Assembly (NCBI GenBank): GCA_965645245.1 | Contig: OZ287070.1 | Coordinates: forward strand, 1,116,001-1,180,000 | Source of the DNA: Massalongia carnosa | Taxonomy: Eukaryota | Length of the DNA stretch: 64,000 nucleotides | Direction of reading: 5' to 3' | In this document: positions 10,517-24,319 of the stretch, in pieces | How the letters are laid out: the number at the start of each line of letters is the position of its first letter | Numbering within the stretch: position 1 is the stretch's first letter | Position numbers and translations under genes: made by a program | The notes under the pieces: model-generated | Databases searched by the model: none | The model's input: only the letters and a program-made list of their open reading frames with translations | Told to the model about the DNA's origin: nothing

Positions 10517-10522
10517 CCTCGG
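10517..10522. promoter_or_regulatory. Putative FarA/FarB (Ctf1) element CCTCGG in a 243-bp divergent promoter
   Basis: Exact CCTCGG ~110 bp upstream of an SKL-ending oxidoreductase; CACGTG and GATAA motifs nearby (10455-10478). Confidence 0.35.
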
Positions 10523-10631
10523 CAACTTGGTCATCGAGTCCCAACGTCATGACGAGGGCAGGTATGAAGGGGTTTCTATTCTTCCGTGGCTCAAGATTGG
10601 ATACTGTACGGTTGAAAGCGAAGAACAGAGA

Positions 10632-11702
10632 ATGCGGGCCATTCAAGTAAAGGAATATCTTAAGGTTGCCTAAAACCTCACCCCCCCGACAACTCCCTAC
10701 CTAACCCAGCGAATCATCGAATAGGGCCCTCAAGACCTCGTCGTTTCCACCCTCCCAAACCCCCACCCAACCCCACACGAATACCTGATCGCTATCTACG
10801 CGACCGCAGCCAACTTCTTCGACCTCCTCCAAATTCGAGGGAAATACCAGCATCAACCTCCCCTCCCGTGGATCTCCGGCTCCGAGTTCGCGGGCGTCAT
10901 CATCGTCACACCGTCCGCCAACCAATCTCCCAAACACAAGGTTGGCGATAGAGTCTTTGGCGCCGCCCAAGGAGGGTATGCCACGCATGTATGTGTGAAT
11001 GAGGAGGCGCTGCGGCCGATGCCCCGGGGATGGGGGTTTTTGGACGCGGCGGGCCTAATGGTCACAGCGCCGACAAGCTATGCGGCACTCGTGACGAGAG
11101 CGGCAGTGAAGAAAGGTGATTATGTCTTAGTACATGCAGCCGCGGGAGGAGTGGGGCTGGCTGCCGTGCAAATTGCCAAGGCGTTCGGCGCTGTAGTGAT
11201 AGCGACGGCGAGTTCGGCAAGGAAGTTGGAAGTGGCCAGAGGCTTCGGGGCAGATCATGGGGTTGATTACCAAAAGAAAGGGTGGGAGAACGAAGTCAAG
11301 AAGCTGACGCCTGGAGCGAGAGGAGTCAATATAGTGTACGACCCAGTCGGGATGGTCAATGCCAGCCTAAAATGTACGGCGTGGAATGGGCGGATAATCG
11401 TTATTGGGTTTGCAGCGGGCAGTATTGAGAAAGTAGCCATGAATAGGGTGCTGCTAAAAAATGTCAGCATTGTAGGATTGCACTGGGGCATGTATGCCAA
11501 GGAGGAGCCAGAGACGGCCGAGGACATTTGGCGCGAGCTCCTCGGATTGATGGACAATGGGAGGTTCAAGGGAACAGTGTATACTGATAGGAAATTCGTT
11601 GGGTTAGAAAGTGTGGGGGAAGCGCTGGGGCTGTTAGAAAGCAGGGAGACATGGGGCAAAGTGGTCATTTCAGTGCCTCACGATGGAGCAAGTAAGCTTT
11701 GA
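10632..11702 (+). CDS. Zeta-crystallin/quinone oxidoreductase-like MDR enzyme with PTS1 (-SKL); intron 10665-10724
   Basis: MRAIQVKEYLK|GPQDL..., 'GKYQHQPPLPWISGSEFAG', 'VLVHAAAGGVGLAAVQIAKAFGA', 'GKVVI'; C-terminus ...GASKL*. Confidence 0.9.
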
Positions 11703-11973
11703 AGATGCGCCTTGGATTTGGTTTACCCATGGTAAACTGAATCTGATTCTATATTTTAAGAATACAAAATTAGTGCGCTTGTTCATCATGCCCCATCATC
11801 AGTCGTACTATATTAATCGTTCTACAAGAGGTCCAGCTCTACTCCTTCTGGTTATGTTGTATTCTTGCCCATAATCCATCGTAAGCGATAATACCGCGCA
11901 AGGCTTGGGTTCATTTCCACGACACTCGATGGGAATATACTAGTGAAAATGTATCTACATACCTAGAACAACT

Positions 11974-14194
11974 TCAGAAGCTTTTTCTTCCTTTTGTCTC
12001 GATTGGAAAACAGCACATAGCTAGGAAAGCTAATATCATCAACCCTGCAGACGCGTAGATTGGAGCGTTGACATTGACTCTTCCAGCATGGACTCCAACA
12101 ATTGGTGCACATAGACCAGCAATCCGATTTAAGGACGAAGCTATGCCTATACCAGTTCCTCTACTTGGTGCAGGGAAGACCTCAGGGGTACTGCAGGAAG
12201 ATTAGCACACTAATTTAAGAATGAACAGGATACGTACTAGGCATAAAGCACACCATACATGATATTCTGGAAGAACGCCTCTAGACTTGTCATCACCAGC
12301 TGGAAGTTCGGGTTCGGCGATAGAGTGAAGAGAAACAGGATCAGCCCCGTCAGGAAAGTCGCGATGGCTATGGTATACTTACGGCCAATATATTTGATAT
12401 TTACTGTATAATATGCGATCACGGATCCAGGTACTCCAATGATTGATGTAATTGCGTAATTGCGATAGACTACCCTTGTCGGCGTTGGAGGCATATCTTT
12501 CCCGGCGTGTTGCAGATATTGCGGCAGAAAAGCGTTGAAAAGGGGAAACCCCATTCCTATCGTTGCCCAGCAAAACCAAATAAGACATGCTATTAAAGAC
12601 ATTAACAATGTTCCAAGAAAAAATTTTGTGCAACAACATAGCAATATAAAGTTGCATACAGCAATAATCAGATTTCTTGTCATGTGAACACATGAAGTGT
12701 CTACCATGCTATACATCGAGATAGGTGTAATATAGGAACTCACTCATAGTGCCAAGCCGTCTGTTTGCGAAAAGAGGGCTAATCCTCTCGGTGGAGAATT
12801 TCCCAAAGATTCTTTTAACTACTTCAGCCCTAGTCAGCTCCAACTCCGCAATTGCCGCAGGCCTTCCTCCTATGTCGTTAAGGATCTCCCCTGTCAACCA
12901 CGTCTTCCGTTTGTTCTTGTAAGCAATACCGTGGATGACAGCCACAGCTTCTTCTTGTCGGCCTCGTGAGAGAAGAAATTTAGGAGACTCATAGAGTTCG
13001 AAAAGGAAAAGCCGGCAAGTAAACATAAGGAGTGTTAGCGCTCCAAGCGTGAAATTGAAATACCTCCAACCCATGTTTTGGGCTTTGCGACAACAAGGCA
13101 TGCCTGGAGATGAGACGTCGCATGAAAGTAAGTCTTCATCACATGTGTACGATGCAATGAGTCCCCATGCAGCTACAGTAGACTTAATACATCTATGTTA
13201 TAGCTGAGGTAATTGGCAGACTTACTTAGCGATGCCAACAATTGGCCGAGAGGCCACCATATGGAGAGCAGTGTCAGCCAACCGCTCGAGGCACTCGGCA
13301 AGAACTCCAAGAAGAGCGCACCATCCACGGGAAGGTTTCCTCCAATACCTACACCTACTGCTGCATAGAGACCGCATGTACCTATCCAAGAGCTGGCACC
13401 TCCGATGGCGAGACCAAACGCTCCTGCAAGGAAAAGCGTCACGTTGAAGGCAAGTCGGCGACCGAAAATATCTGACGCGATTCCCCAGAAAGAAGCCCCA
13501 AGACACAACCCGACGAAGGCGGCACACGTTGTATAGCGGACTAGACTCGACGCTGGGCCGAACTCAAGAGTCAGAGATGGCAGGGTCAAGGCAATCCCCT
13601 AAATAATCGATCAGGTTACAGCTCTGCAGGAGATATGTATCTGGAGAATCCATATGTACCGTGAGCCACAGACTAATAGTAACGTTATCCGTTAGCATGG
13701 GTGATATATAAAAATCAAGTCGAACTCACTTATCTGCTAGCCAACCGAACCCACACAGCACAAAAAGCTGCTTTTGATATGCGCCCATTCCAACATCTTG
13801 GATTGCGATGCTTATGATCTTTGACTTTCCTAGGGAACAAAGGTTAGACTTTATAACAATGTGCTCGATGTTGGAGCAATATACGATCATATTCGGTATC
13901 TTGTCCAGAAGCCGTAACATCTATACTGTAAGCATACGAATATAGGAAGTAATGGCTTAACGTACCAAGGACAATCTCAGTACGGAGATCCTCAATCGTA
14001 TACGCACCCACGACACCGGTGGACTGTCTTCCGACTTGGAGTGTGTCATCCGTGATGCTTCTTGAACTAGTTGTAGCCCTCGCACTAGATACAGTCTTCT
14101 CAGACGGATGCCTTTCGACCTTTTCTAAGGGCGCATAGACATCTTTAAAATCGTTCGCACTACACTTTTTGAAGGGATTCGTAAAGATAGGCAT
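11974..14194 (-). CDS. MFS transporter (SV2/sugar-porter-like), multi-exon including a 13-nt microexon (13660-13672)
   Basis: 'IQDVGMGAYQKQLFVLCGFGWLADNLW', 'SDIFGRRLAFN', 'GGNLPVDGALFLEFLP', 'LYESPKFL', 'YTPEVFPAPSRGTG', 'FPIETKGRKSF*'; all introns checked are GT-AG and preserve the frame. Confidence 0.88.
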
Positions 14195-15901
14195 GGTAAC
14201 GATATGTTTTTCTATAGACCCCGAGATCAAGCTTCCTGGAAAGTGGAATTATAGTATAGAAATGGATGTGTTGGGTTGAAGATCTCAAAGTTTAAGGCCG
14301 GATACTATGGTGTTAATGGTAGGGAGGAGAAAGATTGCGTTGTATTGATGGAGAAGTTTTTATAATGAAGAGCTTCTTGTATAATCAAGCCTTTCTCAAA
14401 TTAAATGTCTAGCTTCTAGTAAGATGCTTGTAAAGGAAAGCACGAAGCATAAGGTCAAGGTCCTGTATATTGAGAAAGCTGGTTGTATCAAAGGGCAGAT
14501 TAGAAAATGGAAAACAAATAATAAATGACAGAGATGCTTTTAGGAAACCTTCGGAACATATATTTGTTGTCATTGCATGCTTGAGAATAAGGTTATATAC
14601 TCTGTAGACGAAGCAGCATAAACTTTTGCGTGGATGCACCTCCTTTGAAATCTTGTGGCTTGCAAAGTTGCGATAGAGAGAGCCATCATGGACTATCTTG
14701 GAGCCTTTGTATTGGTTACCATAGATGCACAAGGTATCGTCAACGAACCTATTCATTCGGGTGGTTGCATCTCTTCTCGGAACCTGTGGCTAACGAATTC
14801 GCGATAAACAGAGTCATCAATGGTCGTATTTATGCTTCGGGTTGATTAGAGCGTCGATACTGTTATTCTATATGGGACCTCGATAATGTAGGCTTCATGC
14901 ATAATGATCTTATTGTCCCAAGCTATCTTTAGCCCTCAGTTAATGTTACTACTTGTGCCGGGCTTCTTCCTTGAGATAAGATGGACTTTTCTCAATTCTG
15001 CAAGGTCTCCAACTGTTGAAATAGGTATATGACTATGGCTATATGGCTATGTAATAATAAAGGTATGTATGACCGTGATGTTAAGGATGAAGAGTTGCTA
15101 GGCAGCAATCTTTTCCTATTACTGGTCACCCCCTTCTAAGCGAGGTGATCTTATCTTATCTTGGGACTAAGCCTAATGCGGCATCTACGGTTTCCGTAGA
15201 TGATCTGTCCATCTAGGGCAGCCGTAGGTGCTATGTTCATCGTACTGATAGGTGTTCATTGTGCTGGTAGGAATTGGATATTCAACACCAACTCTGTTGA
15301 TCATAACAAGCTTTTTTCTCATAGTAAGCTGGTAATTTTTTGAGCCTACATGGTCTTCAATAAGCCGAGTCGCCTTCGTTCCACGAAGCGAGTAATAGAT
15401 ATAGAGAATATGATAGAAAAAATGGGGCACTCCCTCTCGTTCCAAGGCTCATACTCTGTACACAGGCAAAAGGTGCGGACCCGCCTCACAGGGCTGATTC
15501 TATAAGTCCATAGGTTACCCGAAGAGTTGAGTAGCTGTACTTGCATCCATAGTTAGCGTACAGAGTAGCTACTTACGCTATGTACTATTCTATTGCTCGT
15601 ATACCTATTCAGTAGAATGATAAACGCGGTAGTTGAGTCTTGAATGCACTAACATAGCTATGATCATCGTGACGTCATTTATGAACATTTTCTCTTAGTC
15701 ATTTTTTTTCTAAAGGTAATTATAGCTATAATGGAGATGAGCATGGTATATCAAATACTACCCGTTGCCCGCAAATATAGGGTTATAAAAAAACAACGCT
15801 GTGGTTTAGGTCAAGGGCCTTTTTGATAACTACCCTTTCCTCCTTGACTAGAATACTAGACAACTTTCCACACTCTTCACCTAGACCAACAAACCCTTCC
15901 A

Positions 15902-16873
15902 ATGAGATTTATTCCTATAACAGCTGTGTTGATAGCAGCCGTGGCTGTCGTCGCTACCTCCATAGGACGAAAACCTATTGATTCCATCGTCCCTCGTGAT
16001 GTCAACACGGATGTAACTTTACTAGACGAGGCACTCATAAAGCGGGCTGAGAGAGTACTTCCCAATTACTTGGAGAAGAGGAGAGGAGGAGGTGGATCTA
16101 GTGGTGGTGGTGGTGGTGGTAGTAGTGGTGGTGGTGGCGGCGGTGGCGGCGGTGGCGGCGGTGGAGGACGTGGCGGCGGATCTTCCAGCGACGGATCTTC
16201 GGGAGGCTCCTCAGGTTCAGGGTCAGGTTCAGGCTCGGGCTCTGGTCGCTCAAGTGGGTCCGGCGGAGCTACAGGAGGAAGTAGTAGTACCGGAAATGCT
16301 GGGTAAGCATGTTTGTTTTAACCTAATTTTCCCAGGAGCGTTGCTAAGAGAATCGTTAGTTCCTCTTCTCCCGAAAGGCCGTCTTATGGTGGTGGAAAAT
16401 ACTATGGCGGAGGTGCTACAACACCATACAGATCTGGATCTTCGTCGCCCGGCGCACGCATCGCACCATATGCCATAGGTGGAGCCCTACTATTCCCTGG
16501 TCTCTGGCTTTACGGAGCATACGCGTACAACTACAATAACCCATACCACTTCCATAATCGCACAAGCAATGATAATCAGACGCTACCTGTAACTTGTCTT
16601 TGTGACAAATATAGCGCCTGTGGGTGTGATGATAACAACAACTCCACATATCTGGATTCGATAATTGGAGACGGAACACCCGCAACGCAGAACAGTACGT
16701 TGATACACATTGGAGATGTCAATGGAACCAAGACGATTGTTCTCAATGGCACACTTCCCAATGGTACTGACACTACGAGCTCCAACAGCGCAGCTTCGCG
16801 GCAAGCGTTGGTGGAAATGTCAGGGTTCTGGCTCGTTGGTGCGATAGTTGCAGGAACAATTTGGATGGTATGA
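15902..16873 (+). CDS. Secreted or membrane-anchored glycine-rich protein; intron 16303-16359
   Basis: Signal peptide, dibasic KR/KRR sites, Gly/Ser tract, then 'SYGGGKYYGGGATTPYRSG', 'VTCLCDKYSACGCDDN', 'NGTLPNGT' and a hydrophobic C-terminus. Confidence 0.8.
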
Positions 16874-18505
16874 GGAGATGGTAGGTATTACCACGCGCAT
16901 TGAACCTGGGCTTACAAGGCGGATTTCTTCTGCCTTTTGCGCGCTGGTGTATAAATTACAGGGAGTTACACAAGCGTTAATAGCGCGCTTACCCTTATTT
17001 TTACAATGTGTCGTTCGGTTCGAGGCGTGCTTCTTGATTATAAGTTTGTCGATAGTCTCATTTGAATGCTTCAAAGTTCTGGTTGCATGAATCAGGTCGC
17101 ATAAATGCAGGGGGTTGCAGCGTCTTCAGTCGTGGCATAGGGTGGGCCGTCGAACGTCCTTGGGCGTTTAACATCAATCAGGATGCATCAGCTACAAAAG
17201 TGGTTGGGCTTAGTATTGCTGATTCGACTAGATCGATCATTTGCCTAAGATACCGCTGATGATAATAATGAAGCTATTTCCTCTGCTTGTCATGGATGAT
17301 ATGTATACTGTAGAAGTCATCTATATTTTCTGTCTTAAGCTTCACCTGAAAAATACCAACCGTTGCTGTGATGGTGGCATTTGTATGGATACAAACAGCC
17401 TCCACCAACAGTTTTGGTTTATGCCATGCTGCTTTACAGTTTCACATCATGTAGGCCCTAAAACCTGCACCTCCTTATCAAATGGGTCTAAGTCCGCCGA
17501 TAACTGTAGCAACAACGCTAAACCAGCCTCTTCTTATCAACGCAGCGAACTTCTTGTTTCATTCTTGAATCTGACAATACCACATTACATCATGATTACA
17601 GAGTGCCTCTGGATAAACCGGGTTAATCTGACAGTACCTCGGTAGGTACAGTCGATGCTCATGTGCTTACCTACATAGTACAATGTATTCATAATAGCTT
17701 TTAGATACGAGTTTTCAGCGAGCAAGTAAGTCATCGTATACGTGTCTACAGAACACAGTGATTTCACAGTTGTTATAACAACAGCTTAGTGTAAATATTG
17801 AGTTAGGTGCTCGGTGTGGAAAGTTGAACTTGAAAAGGATTCAGCGCAAATCTTTATTTATCACAACGATCCCCGCCATTTTTTGGCCGCAGACCCGCGA
17901 AGCACATCATTTGGAAATGCATAGAATCTAGCGGAAAAAGAGGGAAGGAAGGAGGCGAATGCGGTTAGAGAGCGATGGCTAATCGGGAAGACCGTAGGCT
18001 GGCAGGATGAGTACAAGGGCTAAACATTGATATTTTCCATCACGCATTATGAATTCCCGATGGAGGAAAGAGCAGCTTAACGGGGGGTAGTTAGTTTGCG
18101 CCGATTTTGGCCGGGGTGTTGTGCAGCGGTTGCTGGTGAAAGGAGTGGTCGTTCTCGCCTGCCACCCTGTTTTGTTCCTGCCACCCCCCCAACGGTAAGT
18201 TTACTAAGGTTGGTTAGTGACGTTACGTTGATTTATTATTGGGCCGCCAATTATTCATAAACAAGCAAAACTCCCACATTCTCCGTTTCCTTTCTTTCCC
18301 CCATCATCCACTTACTACCAACGTACAAAACCAAAGTTTCTCTTTCCCGTACAATTCAGTCTCGCATTCCACAGTCGCTTCGGATCTTTCGACGATCAAG
18401 ACATTCGCTCTCGGACTACGCTGCACTACTAATAATACCTTCACCACCACCTTTACCTTCCTCACAAAAACTACGCTCATAATCACCAAATTCCTACCTC
18501 TCGAA

Positions 18506-18892
18506 ATGCCTTCCATCAAGAACATCGTGTTCTCACTGGCTTTCGCTGCCGTTGTCGCTGCTCAAGCGGGTAAACAGATCCCTGATGGCCAGGTTCAGGT
18601 GCCAACTTCCACTGTTCCGAAAGTTGCTCCCACTCTGGTAACGCAAATCACCGATGGCCAAATTCAAAAACCTGTCCCGACTGTTGGTCCTATTTCCACC
18701 GCACCAGCTCCCAAACCAACTGTCGTTGTTCCTTCCAAGGGACTTCCAGCACCGAGCAGCAATGGCACTTTCACTACCGGCTCGCCTGGAGCTACCCCAT
18801 CAGCATTCCATGGTGCCGCCAATATGTTGGGCTGGAGCAAGGAGATTGTCATCGGCGCTGTTGGTGTTGCTGCTGGTCTCGCTATGCTATGA
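18506..18892 (+). CDS. PIR-repeat, probably GPI-anchored cell-wall protein (128 aa)
   Basis: Signal peptide; PIR motifs QIPDGQVQ and TQITDGQIQ; Pro/Thr-rich linker; 'FHGAAN' followed by a hydrophobic tail. Confidence 0.85.
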   Translation: MPSIKNIVFSLAFAAVVAAQAGKQIPDGQVQVPTSTVPKVAPTLVTQITDGQIQKPVPTVGPISTAPAPKPTVVVPSKGLPAPSSNGTFTTGSPGATPSAFHGAANMLGWSKEIVIGAVGVAAGLAML

Positions 18893-21800
18893 GTGCTATA
18901 AAGTTAATGACGTTGAGGAACGGAAGGATGGATGTCTGGGGTGGTTCACTTTCGAGTTACTGATATTATATTTTTTGGGGGACGGCCGAAGATCGTAATG
19001 GAGGAAGTTGACACCTTTTTGTATCTATGCATAATAGGGCTCCGGGGCATTCTCATTCTGCATCTACGACAAAATCATTCGGTCCTCTTGCACATGCGGC
19101 ATCAAGAGGTTACCAGGATACAGTAATAAATTCAACCATAGATCTTCTTCACTGTCAATCATTATCATTCTGGAGATCTTGTTTGGTGCTATTATCATGG
19201 CTGTATCTTTGTATGATGCGATGTCTTCGACGTCAGATTCCGTGCTTTCTTCAATATCTCTCAGTCCATCTCCATTAAAAACCATGCACAAATGCTTCTC
19301 CCAATCCTAACCTCGAATCGAAATGCGTTCACTTATTTTTTTGTAATTGCGTGTTCATGCATTGACTTTTGACAACAAGCTCTCGATGGCCATGATATCG
19401 CAAAGATATTGCGCCACAAATCCAGCGATTTCCAAGATCTCACTAGGGATATTTAGTGAAAAAAATCCACACCCCTACTACCCGCTATCATGAATCCCAT
19501 GTATCTACCTATCCACTCGTTTCCTACAACAGAATGCTCCCCCAAATCAAGAAACTTGTAACTACAAAGCCCAACGGTGTATTTGCTTATAATGATAACG
19601 CAAAGCTAATGATTAACCGAGTGTCTCAACGCCTGGTGAGTCGTTAGGAGGGAGTTTCCGAAAGCGACCGAGGAGGAAAAAGCCTAGGATCATTTGCGGC
19701 GGCCACACACTTTTTCCCCTTAAATTCTTTGTGCCGAATGATGGCCAGGGATTGCCGATTCTATGTGGAAGAGAATACGAGGCTGTTTTAGGGAGCTGAC
19801 TCCCTTTTGCGGATAAGCACCGCTGATTTGCTAGGTACCTATTTGGAGGAACCAACTTGGTGTTTACTTACATCACTATTTTCCGTGAGCCCGTAGTCGT
19901 AATCTCCTTATATTCCTTATTAAGTATAGGATGTCTCAAAGGTGTCCATGAATTGGGTGACGGGGCATTCGTAAAGCTACGGATCTACTTCTGAACGTTA
20001 AGGGATGCTGTTGAGGGGGTCGTCAATAGATTTTCAAGCCGTCATCGTTTGGTCCTTGTTCGCCACACGCCAGTGGCTATGCGCCCACATCTTCAAGCGA
20101 TCAAGTGGCTGTCTCCACCTAAACGATTGCGCCATGTAAAGTTGATGCTCCCAGCCTCTTGCGCCAAGATAATGAGGACTTATTAACTTTTATAGGCCTG
20201 TGGATCATAACCATCTTTGTCCCAAGAGGCTACTCCGGACATGATCATTTATAGAAACCCTTACATGGATTATCCAAGATGACCATCAGCACGAAGTCAT
20301 GATTCATCTTGGGTGGAGACTTCTCGCCGCAAGAAAATTGTTAACTCGACCCCGATACATTGCGAAAGTTTAAGAAGAGAATACGTTGTCTTCTACTATT
20401 GTCTCCCGCTTATCGCAAGCATTATTGTGCCAAGCAAACCTTCAATATTCCCACCGATTGCATCACTTTTCCTGGTAGCAGGCTACACGCTTGCTCCGTC
20501 GTCCTTTGCTAGTTCAAATGGGCAGTAACCATCTTTGGCCTGATGAATTCTGTTATCACATTTCAAGTGTATCTCAGCACGAACCGATTATACGAATTCC
20601 CACTGAACAAGGTAGGGATGAACACACCACGGGGATCTTTCGTGAAGGTTTTTCTGCGCACAATGACGTAGACGGATAGTTCTTGGGATCGAAGTCGAAC
20701 ATTGTTCCTCTTTACTATTGGAAATATATAACATTCGAGTTGATGAAGCTTGAAAGATGGTCATATTTCCTTTTTTTCCCATCAACTTGCTCACGATGGG
20801 GCGTAGTACAGAGTTGCTAGGATGAATTAGGTCAAGGACGATTTAGGTATTTTGAACATGAGGCTGACAGCTAATCTATTTGCAGGTGGTAAGCTTATTG
20901 TTGAACTGAAAATGGATACCAAACAGTCCCTTAAACGACGGTTGGAAATCTTTCCACAAATCAGTTTCTTTAGTTTAGCCCTGCTATGTAGGCTTAACCT
21001 AACCACCTTGAGTTTTGAAGTTGCTCTGTCGAACAGCCTGCACTGAATACTGAATATCCTGTCTTGTTACCGAGGACTTTAGCGTATCAGCTTCTCAAGA
21101 TGTTTACTCGTATCGCGAACTTTTATTCAAGTATTGGTATATATTCAATGTGGCTTAGGCTTAGAGTACTTCTTGTGATTGGATGAATAAAAGGAAGTTA
21201 TCAACCGTTTTTGATAAACTGTGTGATGAAACCTGAGAAAATGCGAGATAGGAGCTATCGAATAATATTTTGGGAAGCTACAGTTCCAAGTTTCTCGTCG
21301 AAGCCTCGGAATTATCCAACGCGATGGATTAATCTAATCACTGTGATGATATACATCTATGCTGTCGAATAGACGTAACAGTAATGTGAAAGGAATTTTA
21401 ATATCCCTCGCCGCATGACGAAACAATCATATTACTAGTGTCTAACCACCCCCTTCGTCTAATGTGAATGCAAGCATACTTTCTTGAAATCGCAGGAAAT
21501 TCCTTGAGACAAAATGCATGCATATGATTCGTAATGGAGAAAACACACTACCACCCCACCATTAGGAATCTCTAGCCAATAGGGTTACCCTAACTCAAGC
21601 GTCTTTGAATCTAGGTATGATATGGGCTGGCAGTTCAACGGTACCACACTTCTTTCAGCTAAAGCCTATTATTACTTAAGATGCTTACAGGAAGTGCTGA
21701 GTAAGGAGTCTAGTATTGCTAAGCCTGTTGCCTACAACGCGAGCGGACAAGTCTTACGAGATGGAAGACGCGCGCCTCTTTGTATACAGTTCATGGTTGA

Positions 21801-24319
21801 CAGATCGATTCGATCATGAAAGTGTTGTTATTTCCTGCATCTTCAAAGGTTCCTCTCTACCCCTATCTTATCTATCCTTCCATGGTCATAGCAGATATGT
21901 AGGTCTCTCAAAACATTATCGACGAGGCTTGCAAAGACTGTCTCGCCTCTGTTGGAACATTCTGCCCCTGTTTAGATGACTTCCTCAATGATTTTGTTCA
22001 ATGGCTCTAGTCATGGTGGTTCCCAATGTGAATTGAACGCAGTTTTATAATGCTGCTACCTCTTAGTCTGGATTGACAGTGACGGATCATTTGTCTTCAA
22101 GAAACCGGCAACTATAACGATCTGGGTCAGTATCTAGATGGCTAAGATTGAAAAATAATATAGCTTGGTTTTCCCAATCTTCTAGAGCAGGGACTTATGT
22201 CTGCGCCCCTGTCATGTTTCTGGTTTATGTACTATATTCAGCTGCATCTATTCCAGCGCTGTTTTGTTCCACGATGCTCTCACCTCGTCTTGTCAGTGCA
22301 AGAAAAAAAACATTCTTTTACTTTGCTATTTTTCCTCTAAAGCATCATACGTTTTGGCCTATGCCGCGGACTTGAGGTGTGTCATGGTCTTGGCTTCAAT
22401 ACTCTCTAGCTTGCGTTTCATTTCCTTAAAAGTAGAATCGGAATCGTAAACCTTCCGAGAATTAAGTTTTACATGACACCCTAGAAAGACTCAGCATGAT
22501 CAAAACCTTTGATCAGACATCTGTATCATGTTTCCCCCCAAAAGAGAATCGACGTATTCCTTTTCGTTAGACTTATTGAGAAGGTCCTTAAACATCGACT
22601 CTTTGTGTAATGAAGATTCACAACGAACTTCTAGTTCATTGCAGCGAGTATTGATGAAGAATCTATTTAGGCATATGAAGCATCCTCTGCAATCTAAATC
22701 ACAAAATCAATCAAGATCTTTCTCCTTTTCTCTTGAAAAACAAGATACCCATCAGCGCTCCTGCTTGGTTTTTCCTATCGCTCACCAAATTGCCTCAGGA
22801 TACACCAGGTCATCAAGCCTGTAGATTTTTCCAGCTTTAACATGAAGCTGTCTAGCATTTGATAGTATCATCAATAGCTTCCTACCGCTACCAGTTCTCC
22901 TCAATTCTCATCAAAATCATATCAACTGCCCATGCAAACCGCTCTTGCCCATCACAATCCCTTCCCCAACTGGACTGCTCTGCGATCTTTTTTTGCAACC
23001 CCGATTACATCACTCTCCCATTACGATATCTGATAGTCGGTAAGTGCGGCCTTTCTAGACACACCACGAATTTGACATCTTATTCTCGAATTAGCTCTAT
23101 AGCAACCATCCTTAAGGGGCAAATAACTGTCCAAGGATGCTTGCTGCACCCCTTACCATATCCTTGTGTGGGCTAAGAGAGACGCGAGACCGTAGTATCA
23201 ATTGCCTCTTGATTTCTCTGACTGAAAATAAGGATCTTTGGCCATTTATGGAGTAGCACGGAGGTCGACTCATCAAAAGGTGGTTTGCCAGAATCCATAC
23301 TAGCTCCGCTGCATGCTATAACTGAGCTACTACAATAAGTGGATTAAACTTGGGCTTGCATTTTTGTCTCCAATACCTTTGGAACACATTCTAGCATGAA
23401 TTGAAAACCACAAGCATATCAGCCAAAAGCGATTTTTGATGAGAATCTCCATTCCGTTTAAACTAATGTGGTGGGGAATTAAATCTACAAGAAGCGCAAT
23501 ATAAAGCCCTGCGATAGCTAAACACAATGTGACTGGTGCTACTAACAATGTAATGAAAGCAGCGACTTCAAGCTTTAGCCCTTGCTCAATGTATTCCATG
23601 ATTGTCTCTCCCATAGGTCATAGGCGACGACAGGCATCAAAAGGGTTGAGTATAGAAAGAAGTACGCTGGAAAGGCTGAGGAAGATCCTGGCAGGACAAA
23701 GCCCATATAATGACCACCATTGTCTAATATCTTAGTAGCAAAGCTCTAAGAAAGGATTTATTTCTTGGCTCTGAGTAAGAACGTTTCAAGAGAGGGCGCA
23801 TGCTGTATTCTCGATGAGGCCATAGGTTTAGCTGGACACGAAACATCATGGCGAGTAGTACTAGATAAGATCGAAGCGGAGCTGAAGAGGTGTATCACCG
23901 CCCTAGGCAAGATTAGCTTCGATTTGAGGAAACACTCTCGGAAATGAACAATTGCCATACAGTCTGGGATAAGAACGACGCGGATAAGCCCCATGATGTA
24001 TATTCCACTAGCATGATCAAGCTGCTGATGCCGACCATAGCGAATCATAGCGAATGACCCTATATTAAGGAAGGGTTTAAAAAGCCGAGGCAGCTCAAAT
24101 ATGTCCAAGAACATTTTGATTTTTTATCGACATTATTTTTCTGATGTGCGGTGTTCCTTCCGCTGGGTGGTTTGTTAGATGATATTTCATAGTATGCTGG
24201 GGGGAGCGATGTCTTCGGAAATTGTTTAAGGAAGCCAACGCTAGAATATGAGTGGGATCTGACCAACTATTCTAGATATCACAGTAGTATTGTCGCTTTA
24301 AACACCACTCTGCTTTCAT

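Noticed and set aside
8439..18892. Secondary-metabolite gene cluster (oxidoreductase plus MFS transporter)
   Set aside because: No PKS, NRPS, terpene synthase or cluster transcription factor in the window.
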